Source of the DNA: Hydrurus foetidus
Taxonomy: Eukaryota
DNA: 64,000 bases
Assembly (NCBI GenBank): GCA_900617105.1
Contig: UYFQ01000842.1
Coordinates: 1 to 64,000 of the forward strand
Reading direction: 5' to 3'
The position numbers were made by a program, and so were the translations under genes. How positions within the stretch are numbered: position 1 is the first letter of the stretch; each line of letters begins with the position of its first letter. This document shows, piece by piece, positions 30,084 to 39,549 of the stretch. The notes under the pieces were generated by a model that was not told where the DNA came from, did not search any database, and worked only from the letters and a program-made list of their open reading frames with translations.

Positions 30084-32215
30084 TCAGAGTCCTTCAAACC
30101 TAACAAGCGGGATTTCAAATGGTCGAACTCCCGGTCTACATCCATGGTTTTGCGGTTGGTAGAAAGTGCCATGGTCGCCTGAATCTGTTCAGATGACTGG
30201 GCATCCGGCGCCAACCACACCCACAACCGCCGCTCCCGCACATACAGCATGGAGAAAACACCCAAAATCAGCAAGGTGCAGCCTAGGTACACGACGGTCT
30301 TGCCAGGGGCACGCGCCACTTGAAACACGCTAGCTTGCACTTGGTTGAAATCGGACAGCATCAGCACCACAGGCGCAGGGTACAGCGGCACATCGCTGAG
30401 CGCCAGCACGGCCTGCGTCATAAAGGCCTGGCCACGGGTGTCAGGCTCAAAGGCTGGCAGGCCCGCTTTTTCACGCGCCACCTGCTCCAGCTCGAACAGG
30501 GTGCCGTTCAAGATGCGCACCAGCACCTCACCCGCTTTGTTGCGTTCCGCCTCGGGAACATTGGCCTCGATGAAGTCGGCAATCGCCTGCAGGCCCGCCA
30601 CGGGCTTGGCAGAGTTGTGGTTCTCCACCCCGGCAAACAAGGCCAGTGCGCGTGCAGCAGACGCGCTCAATTGCTGTGCCAACTCGGGGCGCTTGGCATC
30701 CACCGCCTTGGAGGCATAGCGCTTCACCGCCTTGTCCCGCATTGAGGCATCCGACAAGGCCTGGCTCAAGCGGACAAATTCGTCGGCAGTGCCCTTCTCG
30801 TCGGCAGGAATACGCAGGTAACGAAATGGCTCGACCGGGTTTTCTCGCATGCCCAGCAAAAACAATGGAACGCCATCGCCCATGTCAACGGGCAGCATGT
30901 AGTTGTTGAATTCGCGCGCCTGACCCGCCGCATCGCGCAGCTTGTAGCTCACGCTGGGGCCCACATTGCGCAGGCTCTTCTTATCCTTGGTCTTGTTCGC
31001 CGCACCCAGCTGTGCATCCAGCGCTGACCGCAAATTCACGGCGCGCACATCAGTACCCGGGGCAGGCTCTCCCGCAAAGTTCTCTACGTTAATGACGCGC
31101 AGTCCTGTGTACTCCACCGTCATTGCGGCAGCGCCCGCGCCTTTGGTCAGCTGCGAAGCACCACCCACGACGCCCTCCAGATCGAACGGCTGCACTTGGC
31201 CATTCAGGGACACAGCATGCAAACGCAGACTCGAGCCACCATCGTCAAAACTGGACTGATAAATCTCAACCCCGCGGTAGCTGGCAGGGTGATTCACCTC
31301 CACGCGCGCCGGAATCTTCTCTCCGGTTTCCTTGTCGTGGATCACAATCTCACTGGCAAACAGCTTGGGCATGCCGGTGGAGTAGTACTCCACAATGAAC
31401 TTCTTGAGCTCCACCGCAAAGGGCAGCTCCTGCAACAAGATGCCATCCGACTGATTGACGATGGCGGTGCTGGACTGGGTGCCCTCGGCCACCAACAAAT
31501 TGGCGCGGAACGTGGGATTACCCTCACTGAGCCGGTGCTGGGGTGCCACATCGGCAATCATGCCGCCACCGGTGTAGGGTGTCTTTCCACCCAACAGCAT
31601 TTGGGCGCGAACGACCAAGTCCCCATCCAGCAAACCGCCCAAGCACACCAGCACGATGGCACTGTGCGCGGCGATATAGCCCACCTTGTTCACTGCGCCG
31701 GCTTTGGCCGCCACCATCCAGCCCGGGCCGCTGGGCGTGTCGCGCCGCTGTAACTTCACACGCCAGCCGCCACTGACTAACAATTGACCCATGCGGTGCG
31801 CCGCAGGCTCGGCTGCTTCCTGCAAAGTCGCCTGGGCGCGGTGGCCAAAAGACTTGAGGCTTTGCTCGCGGATGTTTTCCTTGTATGACTTGAGGTCACT
31901 GATGATCTTGGGAGTGTTGCGGATGACGCACAAGGAAGTGCTCAGCACCAAAAAAGCCAAAATCAGCAAGAACCACCAAGCGCTGTACACGTTGTACAGA
32001 CTGACGGTACCAAAAACTTCGGTCCAAAAAGGACCAAACTGGTTGACGTAGTTGTTCACGGGCTCGCGCTGCTTGAGCACGGTGCCAATCACCGAGGCGA
32101 TACAAATCACCGTCAGCAGAGAGATGGAAAACCGCATGGACGACAGCAGTTCCACCGAGGCACGCCAGGCGCGCGAGCCGGATTGCAATTCAAAACCTTC
32201 TGTGGAAACAGTCAT
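30080..32215 (-). CDS. resB: System II cytochrome c biogenesis protein ResB/Ccs1
   Basis: LSSMRFSISLL..ASVIGT, VEVNHP..YQSSF, C-terminal PG..VYLG. Confidence 0.92.
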   Translation of the reverse strand: MTVSTEGFELQSGSRAWRASVELLSSMRFSISLLTVICIASVIGTVLKQREPVNNYVNQFGPFWTEVFGTVSLYNVYSAWWFLLILAFLVLSTSLCVIRNTPKIISDLKSYKENIREQSLKSFGHRAQATLQEAAEPAAHRMGQLLVSGGWRVKLQRRDTPSGPGWMVAAKAGAVNKVGYIAAHSAIVLVCLGGLLDGDLVVRAQMLLGGKTPYTGGGMIADVAPQHRLSEGNPTFRANLLVAEGTQSSTAIVNQSDGILLQELPFAVELKKFIVEYYSTGMPKLFASEIVIHDKETGEKIPARVEVNHPASYRGVEIYQSSFDDGGSSLRLHAVSLNGQVQPFDLEGVVGGASQLTKGAGAAAMTVEYTGLRVINVENFAGEPAPGTDVRAVNLRSALDAQLGAANKTKDKKSLRNVGPSVSYKLRDAAGQAREFNNYMLPVDMGDGVPLFLLGMRENPVEPFRYLRIPADEKGTADEFVRLSQALSDASMRDKAVKRYASKAVDAKRPELAQQLSASAARALALFAGVENHNSAKPVAGLQAIADFIEANVPEAERNKAGEVLVRILNGTLFELEQVAREKAGLPAFEPDTRGQAFMTQAVLALSDVPLYPAPVVLMLSDFNQVQASVFQVARAPGKTVVYLGCTLLILGVFSMLYVRERRLWVWLAPDAQSSEQIQATMALSTNRKTMDVDREFDHLKSRLLGLKDSE

Positions 32216-32234
32216 ACGGAAGCAGCAACAACTC

Positions 32235-32270
32235 AAAAAAAAAGGCAGGCCATCGGAGGATGGTCCCGCC
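32235..32270 (-). terminator. Intrinsic terminator after the cytochrome c4 gene
   Basis: Minus strand GGCGGGACCATC-CTCC-GATGGCCTGCC followed by T9. Confidence 0.75.
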
Positions 32271-32327
32271 CAGTTAGGGTGAATTCACGCGCCTTGGTTC
32301 CGCAGAACCGGTGAACTCTTTCCCGGA

Positions 32328-32966
32328 TTAACGCAAGCCGGCCACGTAATCGGCCACGGCCTTGATCTCGCGGTCATTCATCTTGGCCGCCACTTGGGTC
32401 ATTTGCAGGCTGTTTTTGCGTACGCCATCGCGGAAGGCGGTCAGCTGGGCCACGGAGTAATCCGCATGTTGGCCGCTCAAACGGGGATATTGGGAGGGAA
32501 TGCCAGCGCCGTTGGGGCTATGGCAACCCGCACAGGCGGGCACCTGGCGATCGGCAATACCACCGCGGTAGATGCGTTCACCCAAGGACACCAATTCTTT
32601 GTCCTTGGCAAAACCGGGCTTGGCTTTTTTGGAAGTCACCCAGTAAGCGATGTTTTTCATGTCTTCGTCGCTCAGCGCCGAGGCAAAGCCCTTCATGACC
32701 GCGTTGTTGCGCTTGTCAGACTTGAACTCTTGCAGTTGCTTAACCAAATATTCAGGGTGCTGCTGGGCCAGCTTGGGGTAAGCCGGCGTACCAGAATTAC
32801 CGTCCGCACCGTGGCAAGCCGCGCAAACTGCGCCGAAGCTCGCCTCACCTTTTGCCAAGTCGGGCTTTACCACCTTGGCGGCCTCGTGCTTGGCCTCTTC
32901 CGCGAAGGAAGAAACAGAAATAACCGCAACGGCGGCCGCGAAAAACAGGTGGGCAATCAACTTCAT
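32328..32966 (-). CDS. Diheme cytochrome c4
   Basis: Signal peptide; two CXXCH motifs (CAACH, CAGCH); YPKLAQQH / YPRLSGQH. Confidence 0.93.
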   Translation of the reverse strand: MKLIAHLFFAAAVAVISVSSFAEEAKHEAAKVVKPDLAKGEASFGAVCAACHGADGNSGTPAYPKLAQQHPEYLVKQLQEFKSDKRNNAVMKGFASALSDEDMKNIAYWVTSKKAKPGFAKDKELVSLGERIYRGGIADRQVPACAGCHSPNGAGIPSQYPRLSGQHADYSVAQLTAFRDGVRKNSLQMTQVAAKMNDREIKAVADYVAGLR

Positions 32967-33036
32967 AGGGATGTTGTGTCTGGTGAGCAAAACAGCGCCA
33001 TTCTACAATGCGGCTCTGGGTTTACCTTTCAAATCA

Positions 33037-33768
33037 ATGACCAACACCTCAAACCCACCCGGCACGCCGCCCGCTAAACCGGTCGCTGATGCCTCCGCCA
33101 AATCTCCCGCCGTCGTGGCCATGGGTTGGTTACACACAGCGCGCTTCCTCACCACGGCGCCGCAATTGCACTTTTTGCCCGAGCTGGATGTGCCGGAAAT
33201 TGCGTTCGTGGGCCGTTCCAATGCGGGAAAATCCACCTGTATCAACACGCTGACCCAGCAAAAGCAGCTAGCTTTCGCCTCCAAAAAGCCTGGCCGTACC
33301 CAGCACATCAACCTGTTTTCCTTGGGCAAACAGGGCATCACCGACGCCGTACTGACCGACTTGCCTGGCTACGGCTACGCCGCCGTTCCCAAACAGGACA
33401 AGATTCGCTGGCAACAGGTCATGGCCAACTATCTGGTCACCCGCAAAAACCTGCACGGCATCGTGCTGATGTGCGACCCTCGCCATGGCATGACTGAGTT
33501 GGACGAAATTCTGCTGGATGTCATTCGCCCCCGGGTACAAGCGGGTCTGAAGTTTCTGGTCATCCTGACCAAGGCCGACAAGCTGACCCGCATGGAAGCT
33601 GCCAAGGCCCTGTCCATCACCAAGCTGCAAGCCGGTGGTGGTGAGGTCAAGTTGTTCTCTGCCCCCAAACGCACTGGCGTAGAAGACGTGGCCCAGTTGC
33701 TGTGGCAATGGGCCCACCCCGCCGGAGCACCCGCTGCGGCACTTGCTGAGCCCACTGCCGAAGCATGA
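33037..33768 (+). CDS. engB: Ribosome biogenesis GTPase EngB/YihA/YsxC
   Basis: GRSNAGKS, PGRT, DLPGYG, TKAD. Confidence 0.95.
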   Translation: MTNTSNPPGTPPAKPVADASAKSPAVVAMGWLHTARFLTTAPQLHFLPELDVPEIAFVGRSNAGKSTCINTLTQQKQLAFASKKPGRTQHINLFSLGKQGITDAVLTDLPGYGYAAVPKQDKIRWQQVMANYLVTRKNLHGIVLMCDPRHGMTELDEILLDVIRPRVQAGLKFLVILTKADKLTRMEAAKALSITKLQAGGGEVKLFSAPKRTGVEDVAQLLWQWAHPAGAPAAALAEPTAEA

Positions 33769-34694
33769 TCGAAACCTTTCTCCAGCCACTGGACCATGGG
33801 ATCACCCTGAGTTGCCGGGCTGCTGGAGAACGGGGACGCCCGGTCCTGCTGTTTTTGCACGGCTTTCCCGAAGGTGCTTTTGTCTGGGATGCACTGCTGG
33901 AGCACTTTGCGCGGCCTGAATACGGCGGCTACCGCTGTGTGGCGCCCAACCTTCGAGGCTACGAGCGATCCAGTGTGCCCACAGATGTGCAGGCCTACCG
34001 CCCTAAACATTTGGTGCAGGACATCGCAGCCTTGGCGCGTATCGAGGCCGATGCAGACGCCCCGCTGGCAGCTTTAATCGCCCATGATTGGGGTGGCGCA
34101 GTGGCCTGGAATTTCGCCAACCAATTGCCAGCCCGTTTGCGCAAACTCATCATCCTCAACTCGCCCCACCCTGGCACCTTTCTACGGGAGCTGAAGATCA
34201 GCGAGTCCCAGCAAGCCAGCAGCGCCTACATGAATGCGCTGGTGCTACCAACGGCAGAAGCCGATTTGGCTGCGAACGACTTCGCAGCCCTCTGGCCATT
34301 TTTCAGCGCGGAGGGCCCGAAAGGCCCATGGCCCACTTGGCTCACGCCAGCGGTGCAGGACCAGTACCGCGATGTCTGGTCGTACGGACTCACAGGGGCA
34401 TGCAACTACTACCGAGCGTCACCCCTGCGCCCGCCCCAGTCACACGACCCTGCTGCGTTGGCGGTGGAGTTGCCACACAGCATGCTGACCGTGAATGTAC
34501 CCACCCATGTGATCTGGGGCATGGGCGACTGGGCCCTGCCGCCCAGGTTGCTGGACGGCCTGGAGCACTACGTGCCACAGCTCACGGTGCACAAAGTTGC
34601 CGGCGCTGGCCACTGGATCGTGCACGAGCAGCCAGAACACGTGCAGCAATTGATTGCGCGTAGCTTGGGTACGCCCGCGCCCCTGCAGGCCTAG
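33765..34694 (+). CDS. Alpha/beta hydrolase, epoxide hydrolase-like
   Basis: HGFP oxyanion motif, AHDWGG nucleophile Asp, NYYR, GHW. Confidence 0.88.
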   Translation: MIETFLQPLDHGITLSCRAAGERGRPVLLFLHGFPEGAFVWDALLEHFARPEYGGYRCVAPNLRGYERSSVPTDVQAYRPKHLVQDIAALARIEADADAPLAALIAHDWGGAVAWNFANQLPARLRKLIILNSPHPGTFLRELKISESQQASSAYMNALVLPTAEADLAANDFAALWPFFSAEGPKGPWPTWLTPAVQDQYRDVWSYGLTGACNYYRASPLRPPQSHDPAALAVELPHSMLTVNVPTHVIWGMGDWALPPRLLDGLEHYVPQLTVHKVAGAGHWIVHEQPEHVQQLIARSLGTPAPLQA

Positions 34695-35557
34695 TAAGGC
34701 GCGACCTCACCCGCAGGGCGGTCCTTGAAACGTTTGTGCACCCAGTAATACTGGTCAGGCATCGCGTTGATGTAGCCTTCCAGACGTTGGTTCATCAGCG
34801 CCGTGTCCGCCAGAAGATCTCCGGTGGGAAAATCATCCCAAGCTGGCAAAACACGTACCTCATAGCCGTCGTCAGTCAGCCGCGTCACTACCGGAACGAC
34901 CTGTGCCCGCCCCAACCGCGCAAACCGTGACAGCGAAGGCACGGTAGCCGCTGGCACACCATAGAACGGAACAAACACCGACTCTTCAGGGCCAAAATTC
35001 ATGTCGGGCAACAGGTATAACGGCTCACCTGCCTTGAGGCCAGCCAGAATAGGCTTCACACCCTCGATGCGGCCAAACAGACGCGCATCGCCATAGCGTT
35101 TGCGGCCCTGCAAAATCCAGGCGTCTGCCACCTTGTTGGCCTGGTCGGTATAAATGGTGCTGAAACGGCGCGGCAACTGCTGGGTCAATGCGGTCCAGCC
35201 GGCATCCAGCCCCACAAAATGCGGCGCAAAAATTACCGTAGGTACGTCGCCAGAAAGCGCCGTCACCTCCCCCACCAAGCGCAAACGGCGCTGGGTGGTA
35301 GATGTGGCGGCGTGCCACAGCCAGCCGCGGTCCATCCAGGCCTGGGCAAACAACACAAAGGTCCGCTGTGCATGCCGACGCCGCTGCGCCGGACTCCAAT
35401 GCGGAAAGCACAACGCCAAATTCACCTGCACCACCCGGCGGCGGGACGGCACCAGGCAGTACAGCAGCCACCCCAGAATGGCCCCTAGAAACCGCACCAC
35501 AGGCAACGGCAGGTAGCCGATCACCACCAGACACTGCAAAACCAGACGACTCCACAT
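34691..35557 (-). CDS. Lipid A biosynthesis late acyltransferase (LpxL/HtrB family)
   Basis: PHFVGLD (HX4D), LLPD, PDQYYWVHKRFK. Confidence 0.9.
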   Translation of the reverse strand: MWSRLVLQCLVVIGYLPLPVVRFLGAILGWLLYCLVPSRRRVVQVNLALCFPHWSPAQRRRHAQRTFVLFAQAWMDRGWLWHAATSTTQRRLRLVGEVTALSGDVPTVIFAPHFVGLDAGWTALTQQLPRRFSTIYTDQANKVADAWILQGRKRYGDARLFGRIEGVKPILAGLKAGEPLYLLPDMNFGPEESVFVPFYGVPAATVPSLSRFARLGRAQVVPVVTRLTDDGYEVRVLPAWDDFPTGDLLADTALMNQRLEGYINAMPDQYYWVHKRFKDRPAGEVAPY

Positions 35558-35580
35558 AGGCAAAAACTTAGCTCCAACGG

Positions 35581-36411
35581 TTACGCCGCATCACGCGGTG
35601 TTTTGTAGCGGGCATAGCCCCACAGGTACTGTTGCGGGCATTGCACGATCAGGGATTCCATGGCCGCATTGAGCTGCGCAGCAGCTGCGGTCAGATCAGC
35701 AGGCAGAGGGGGGGTTGGCGGCTGCACATGCACTACATAGCCACGCCCCCAAGACAAACGCTCCCCCCAGGCGAGCAGCACAGTGGCACCCGTCTGCTGG
35801 GCCAGTCGGGCGGACAAGGTCATGGTGTACGCAGGCTTGCCAAAAAACGGAACCCACACCCCTTGCGCCTGCGGAGGCACTTGATCTGGCAGCAGGCCCA
35901 CGCATTGGCCCGCCTTCAACGCCTTCAGCATCTGCTTCACGCCAGCCAATGTCGTCGGGGCTATACCCATGCCGGGACGCGCCCGAGAACGGGTGACCAC
36001 CTCGCGCAGCCACGACTGGCGCGGGGGGCGGAACAGCACGGTAATGGGCTGTCCACCCTGGCCGAACTGCTGTGCGTAGGCCTGGGCCGTGATCTCAAAG
36101 CACCCCAGATGGGGCGTGAGGAACACTACACCGCGTCCCTCCTGCAACGCAGCCTCTACATGCTCCCGCCCGTGCCACTGCACGGCCACGGGGCGCCCCA
36201 GCCAAAGTCGTGGTAACTCGGCCGCCAGCTTGCCGGACTCGCCCACGGCACGCCGCCACTGGGAGCCCGTCAATCCCGCTTGGCGCGCATTGGCCAGGAA
36301 CCTGTTGCGGTACGTGGCCGATCCCAGAAAGGCCAGCCAGCCCATGCCCCAGCCCAGCCCGTGCAGCAGCCACAGCGGAAAGACGGAAAGCAATTTGAAA
36401 ACAAGGGCCAT
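35581..36411 (-). CDS. Lipid A biosynthesis late acyltransferase (LpxL/HtrB family), paralog
   Basis: PHLGCFE (HX4E), LLPDQ, PQQYLWGYARYK. Confidence 0.88.
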   Translation of the reverse strand: MALVFKLLSVFPLWLLHGLGWGMGWLAFLGSATYRNRFLANARQAGLTGSQWRRAVGESGKLAAELPRLWLGRPVAVQWHGREHVEAALQEGRGVVFLTPHLGCFEITAQAYAQQFGQGGQPITVLFRPPRQSWLREVVTRSRARPGMGIAPTTLAGVKQMLKALKAGQCVGLLPDQVPPQAQGVWVPFFGKPAYTMTLSARLAQQTGATVLLAWGERLSWGRGYVVHVQPPTPPLPADLTAAAAQLNAAMESLIVQCPQQYLWGYARYKTPRDAA

Positions 36412-36429
36412 TGACTGGGATAAAATCGC

Positions 36430-36540
36430 GGGTGTCGCTGAGTTACGGAACTACTTGCAGGGCGACACCCACAGGGCTGTCCCGAAAGGAACGCCATTGT
36501 GCCTCGTCAATTCTGGCGAATCTGCTAAAGCGTTCGCTGT
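36430..36540 (+). ncRNA. Probable SAM-II-type riboswitch with an enlarged loop, upstream of metK
   Basis: P1 GGGTGTCGC/GCGACACCC encloses TGAGTT..GAAC..CTTGCAG; inserted GAAA-capped hairpin; conserved GCTAAA at 36524 then GTTC, complementary to the loop GAAC; TAAAAT -10-like box at 36421. Confidence 0.65.
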
Positions 36541-36591
36541 AAGCTCCAAGGCCCAAGCAACGCGACTTGATGTTTTTTTGGAGACCTAGCT

Positions 36592-37776
36592 ATGGCGAAC
36601 GATTTTCTATTCACCTCCGAGTCTGTTTCTGAAGGCCACCCCGACAAGGTCGCTGACCAGATTTCTGACGCGATCCTTGATGCGATCTTCAAGCAGGACC
36701 CACGCAGCCGTGTGGCGGCAGAAACCCTGACCAACACCGGTCTCGTGGTCTTGGCCGGCGAGATCACGACCAACGCGCACGTGGATTACATCCAGGTGGC
36801 GCGTGACACCATCAAGCGCATCGGCTATGACAACACCGAATACGGCATTGACTACAAGGGCTGTGCCGTGCTGGTCGCTTACGACAAGCAATCCAACGAC
36901 ATCGCCCAGGGCGTGGACCACGCATCCGACGACCACCTGAACATTGGTGCTGGCGACCAGGGCCTGATGTTTGGCTACGCCTGCGACGAAACGCCCGAGC
37001 TGATGCCAGCGCCCATCTATTACGCGCACCGCCTGATGGAGCGCCAGGCCCAGTTGCGCAAGGACGGCCGCCTACCTTTCCTGCGCCCTGACGCCAAGAG
37101 TCAGGTGACCATGCGCTATGTGGACGGCAAGCCCCACAGCATCGACACCGTGGTGCTTTCCACGCAGCACAGCCCCGACCAGAGCGAGAGCCAGCACAAG
37201 ATGAAGGCGTCGTTCACCGAAGCCATCATCGAAGAAATCATTAAGCCGGTCTTACCCAAGGAATGGCTGCAAGACACGAAATACCTGATCAACCCCACCG
37301 GCCGTTTTGTGGTGGGTGGCCCTCAGGGCGATTGCGGTTTGACCGGCCGCAAGATCATTGTGGATACCTACGGCGGCGCTTGCCCCCACGGCGGTGGCGC
37401 GTTCTCTGGCAAAGACCCTTCCAAGGTGGACCGATCGGCAGCCTACGCCGCGCGTTACGTGGCCAAGAACATTGTCAAGGCCGGTCTGGCCAAACAGTGC
37501 CAGATCCAGGTCGCCTACGCGATTGGCGTGGCCAAGCCCATGAACGTGACCGTCTATACCGAAGGCACTGGCGTGATCTCGGACGAGGCTATCGCTGCGC
37601 TGGTGAACGAGCACTTTGACCTGCGACCTAAGGGCATCATCCAGATGCTGGACCTGCTGCGTCCGATCTACGAAAAGACGGCGGCCTACGGCCACTTTGG
37701 TCGCGAAGAGCCGGAGTTCACCTGGGAACGCACAGACAAAGCCGCCACACTGCGCGCTGCTGCTGGACTCAAATAA
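36592..37776 (+). CDS. metK: S-adenosylmethionine synthetase
   Basis: [28 protein letters not shown]. Confidence 0.98.
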   Translation: MANDFLFTSESVSEGHPDKVADQISDAILDAIFKQDPRSRVAAETLTNTGLVVLAGEITTNAHVDYIQVARDTIKRIGYDNTEYGIDYKGCAVLVAYDKQSNDIAQGVDHASDDHLNIGAGDQGLMFGYACDETPELMPAPIYYAHRLMERQAQLRKDGRLPFLRPDAKSQVTMRYVDGKPHSIDTVVLSTQHSPDQSESQHKMKASFTEAIIEEIIKPVLPKEWLQDTKYLINPTGRFVVGGPQGDCGLTGRKIIVDTYGGACPHGGGAFSGKDPSKVDRSAAYAARYVAKNIVKAGLAKQCQIQVAYAIGVAKPMNVTVYTEGTGVISDEAIAALVNEHFDLRPKGIIQMLDLLRPIYEKTAAYGHFGREEPEFTWERTDKAATLRAAAGLK

Positions 37777-37793
37777 GAAGAGTCTTCGTACCG

Positions 37794-39053
37794 ATGAAAC
37801 TCCAGACACAACGCTTCATTGACCGCTGGGCAGGCCAGCTGCTGTGTGGCGCGGTGTCTGGGTGGGTGAAATTCGCCGGGCTTTTTGGTGCGCCTGCCCG
37901 CATGGGCAAAGCACCAAAGCATATTCTGGTGATCCTTCTTTCCGAGATGGGCAGCATCGTATTGGCGGGCCCCATGTTTGCGGCCCTGCGCCGGCAGTAC
38001 CCAGGTGCGGCCATCCATATCCTGCAACTGAAGAAGAACCAGGAAGTCTCCAAACTGCTCTCGCTCACCGAGCCCGAGTACATGCACACGCTGGACGACA
38101 GTTCCGGTGGCAATCTGATCCGTGACATCCTGAAAATCAGTCTGGCCATGCGCAAGCTGGGGCTGGACGCGGTGCTTGACTGCGAGCTGTTCTCGCGCGT
38201 GAGTGCCCTACTCTCGTTCAGCACTGGCGCCCCCGTACGCGTGGGCTTCACGCCGCACACGCAGGAAGGCTTGTACCGCGGCAGCTTCATCAACCACAGC
38301 ATTCCGTACAACCCCTACCAACACATCAGCAAACAGTTCCTGTCGCTGGTGGACGCGCTGCAATCGCCCGAAGGCATGCCGCGCAACCGGGCAGGGCCCA
38401 TTCGCGACATTCCGGCCGAGCCAGAACTCTCCGTGGCCTTCACGCCCGACGAACTGGCCGCTTACCGCAGCAAGGTAGCAAGCGATCACCCAGTGACCCA
38501 CACGCGTCCGCTGGTGCTGGTGTATGCCGGCGGTGGCATCCTGCCCGAACGGGCCTGGCCCGCCAGCCACTACGCCCGCGTGGCGCAAGGCCTGTGTGCG
38601 GCCGGTTACGCGGTAGGCCTGATTGGACTCAAGGACGATGCGGTGCTGGCACGTGACCTCCAAACCCAGGTGGGCAGTGAGGCCTGCATCGACCTCACGG
38701 GCTACACCAAGAGCATCCGCGAGCTGCTCATGCTCATGCATGCCAGCGCCCTGCTCATTACCAACGACGGCGGACCCAGCCATTTCGCCACCGTCACACC
38801 CATCCAGACCATGGTGTTCTTCGGACCCGAAACTGGCAAGCTGTATGGCCCTCTGGGCAAACGCACCATCATTCTTGAATCCGGCATTGCCTGCTCGCCC
38901 TGCCTGACCGCCTACAACCACCGCCTGACGTTTTGTGATGGGGACAACCAGTGCCTCAAGCGCATTGCGCCAGACCCCGTGCTGGACCAAGCACTGGCCT
39001 TTTTGCGCGGCAGCGCCAATGCCAGAATGCGCAGCGCAGGCGCTGCCGCATGA
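37794..39053 (+). CDS. Glycosyltransferase family 9 (heptosyltransferase-like)
   Basis: EMGS N-terminal motif, RAWP, DLTG, TNDGGPSH, FFGP, CSPC..C..C. Confidence 0.85.
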   Translation: MKLQTQRFIDRWAGQLLCGAVSGWVKFAGLFGAPARMGKAPKHILVILLSEMGSIVLAGPMFAALRRQYPGAAIHILQLKKNQEVSKLLSLTEPEYMHTLDDSSGGNLIRDILKISLAMRKLGLDAVLDCELFSRVSALLSFSTGAPVRVGFTPHTQEGLYRGSFINHSIPYNPYQHISKQFLSLVDALQSPEGMPRNRAGPIRDIPAEPELSVAFTPDELAAYRSKVASDHPVTHTRPLVLVYAGGGILPERAWPASHYARVAQGLCAAGYAVGLIGLKDDAVLARDLQTQVGSEACIDLTGYTKSIRELLMLMHASALLITNDGGPSHFATVTPIQTMVFFGPETGKLYGPLGKRTIILESGIACSPCLTAYNHRLTFCDGDNQCLKRIAPDPVLDQALAFLRGSANARMRSAGAAA

Positions 39054-39532
39054 GCGCCGTGCAGCGACTGGTGCTGTGGACATTGGGCTGGATGGAGCGC
39101 TACCGCTACATCAAGTTCGGCATCGTCGGTGCCAGCGGTACGGTGGTGAATCTGGTGGTGCTGCACCTAGGGCACGAGTTCCTGTTCTATGAACTCGAAG
39201 CCGCCTACAACAAGCCGTATTTTTCGTTGGCCCTGGCCATTGCCGTAGCCACGCTGAACAACTTCACCTGGAACCGGCTGTGGACCTGGTCGGACCGCGT
39301 CAAGACGCTGGAAGCCCAAGAAGCCCAGCCCGTCAGTCTGCGCCTGCTGGGCCTGGAGTTTGGCCAGTACGTCACAGCCTCGGCATTTGGCAGCGGCCTG
39401 CAGTACGTGCTGACGCTGCTGCTCTCGGGCAGCATGGACTACCGCCTGGCCAACATCGTTGCCATCGTCGCGGCCAGCGTCAGCAACTTCCTGGCCAACG
39501 ACCGCTGGACCTTCAAGCGCAACCAAGACTGA
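39050..39532 (+). CDS. GtrA family membrane protein
   Basis: KFGIVGASGTVVN, NNFTWNRLWTW, NFLANDRWTF. Confidence 0.88.
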   Translation: MSAVQRLVLWTLGWMERYRYIKFGIVGASGTVVNLVVLHLGHEFLFYELEAAYNKPYFSLALAIAVATLNNFTWNRLWTWSDRVKTLEAQEAQPVSLRLLGLEFGQYVTASAFGSGLQYVLTLLLSGSMDYRLANIVAIVAASVSNFLANDRWTFKRNQD

Positions 39533-39549
39533 TCGCGCTCAGCGGCACC

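Noticed and set aside
34691..36411. Tandem lipid A acyltransferases as a recent duplication
   Set aside because: The two proteins are highly divergent, and paired late acyltransferases are ordinary.
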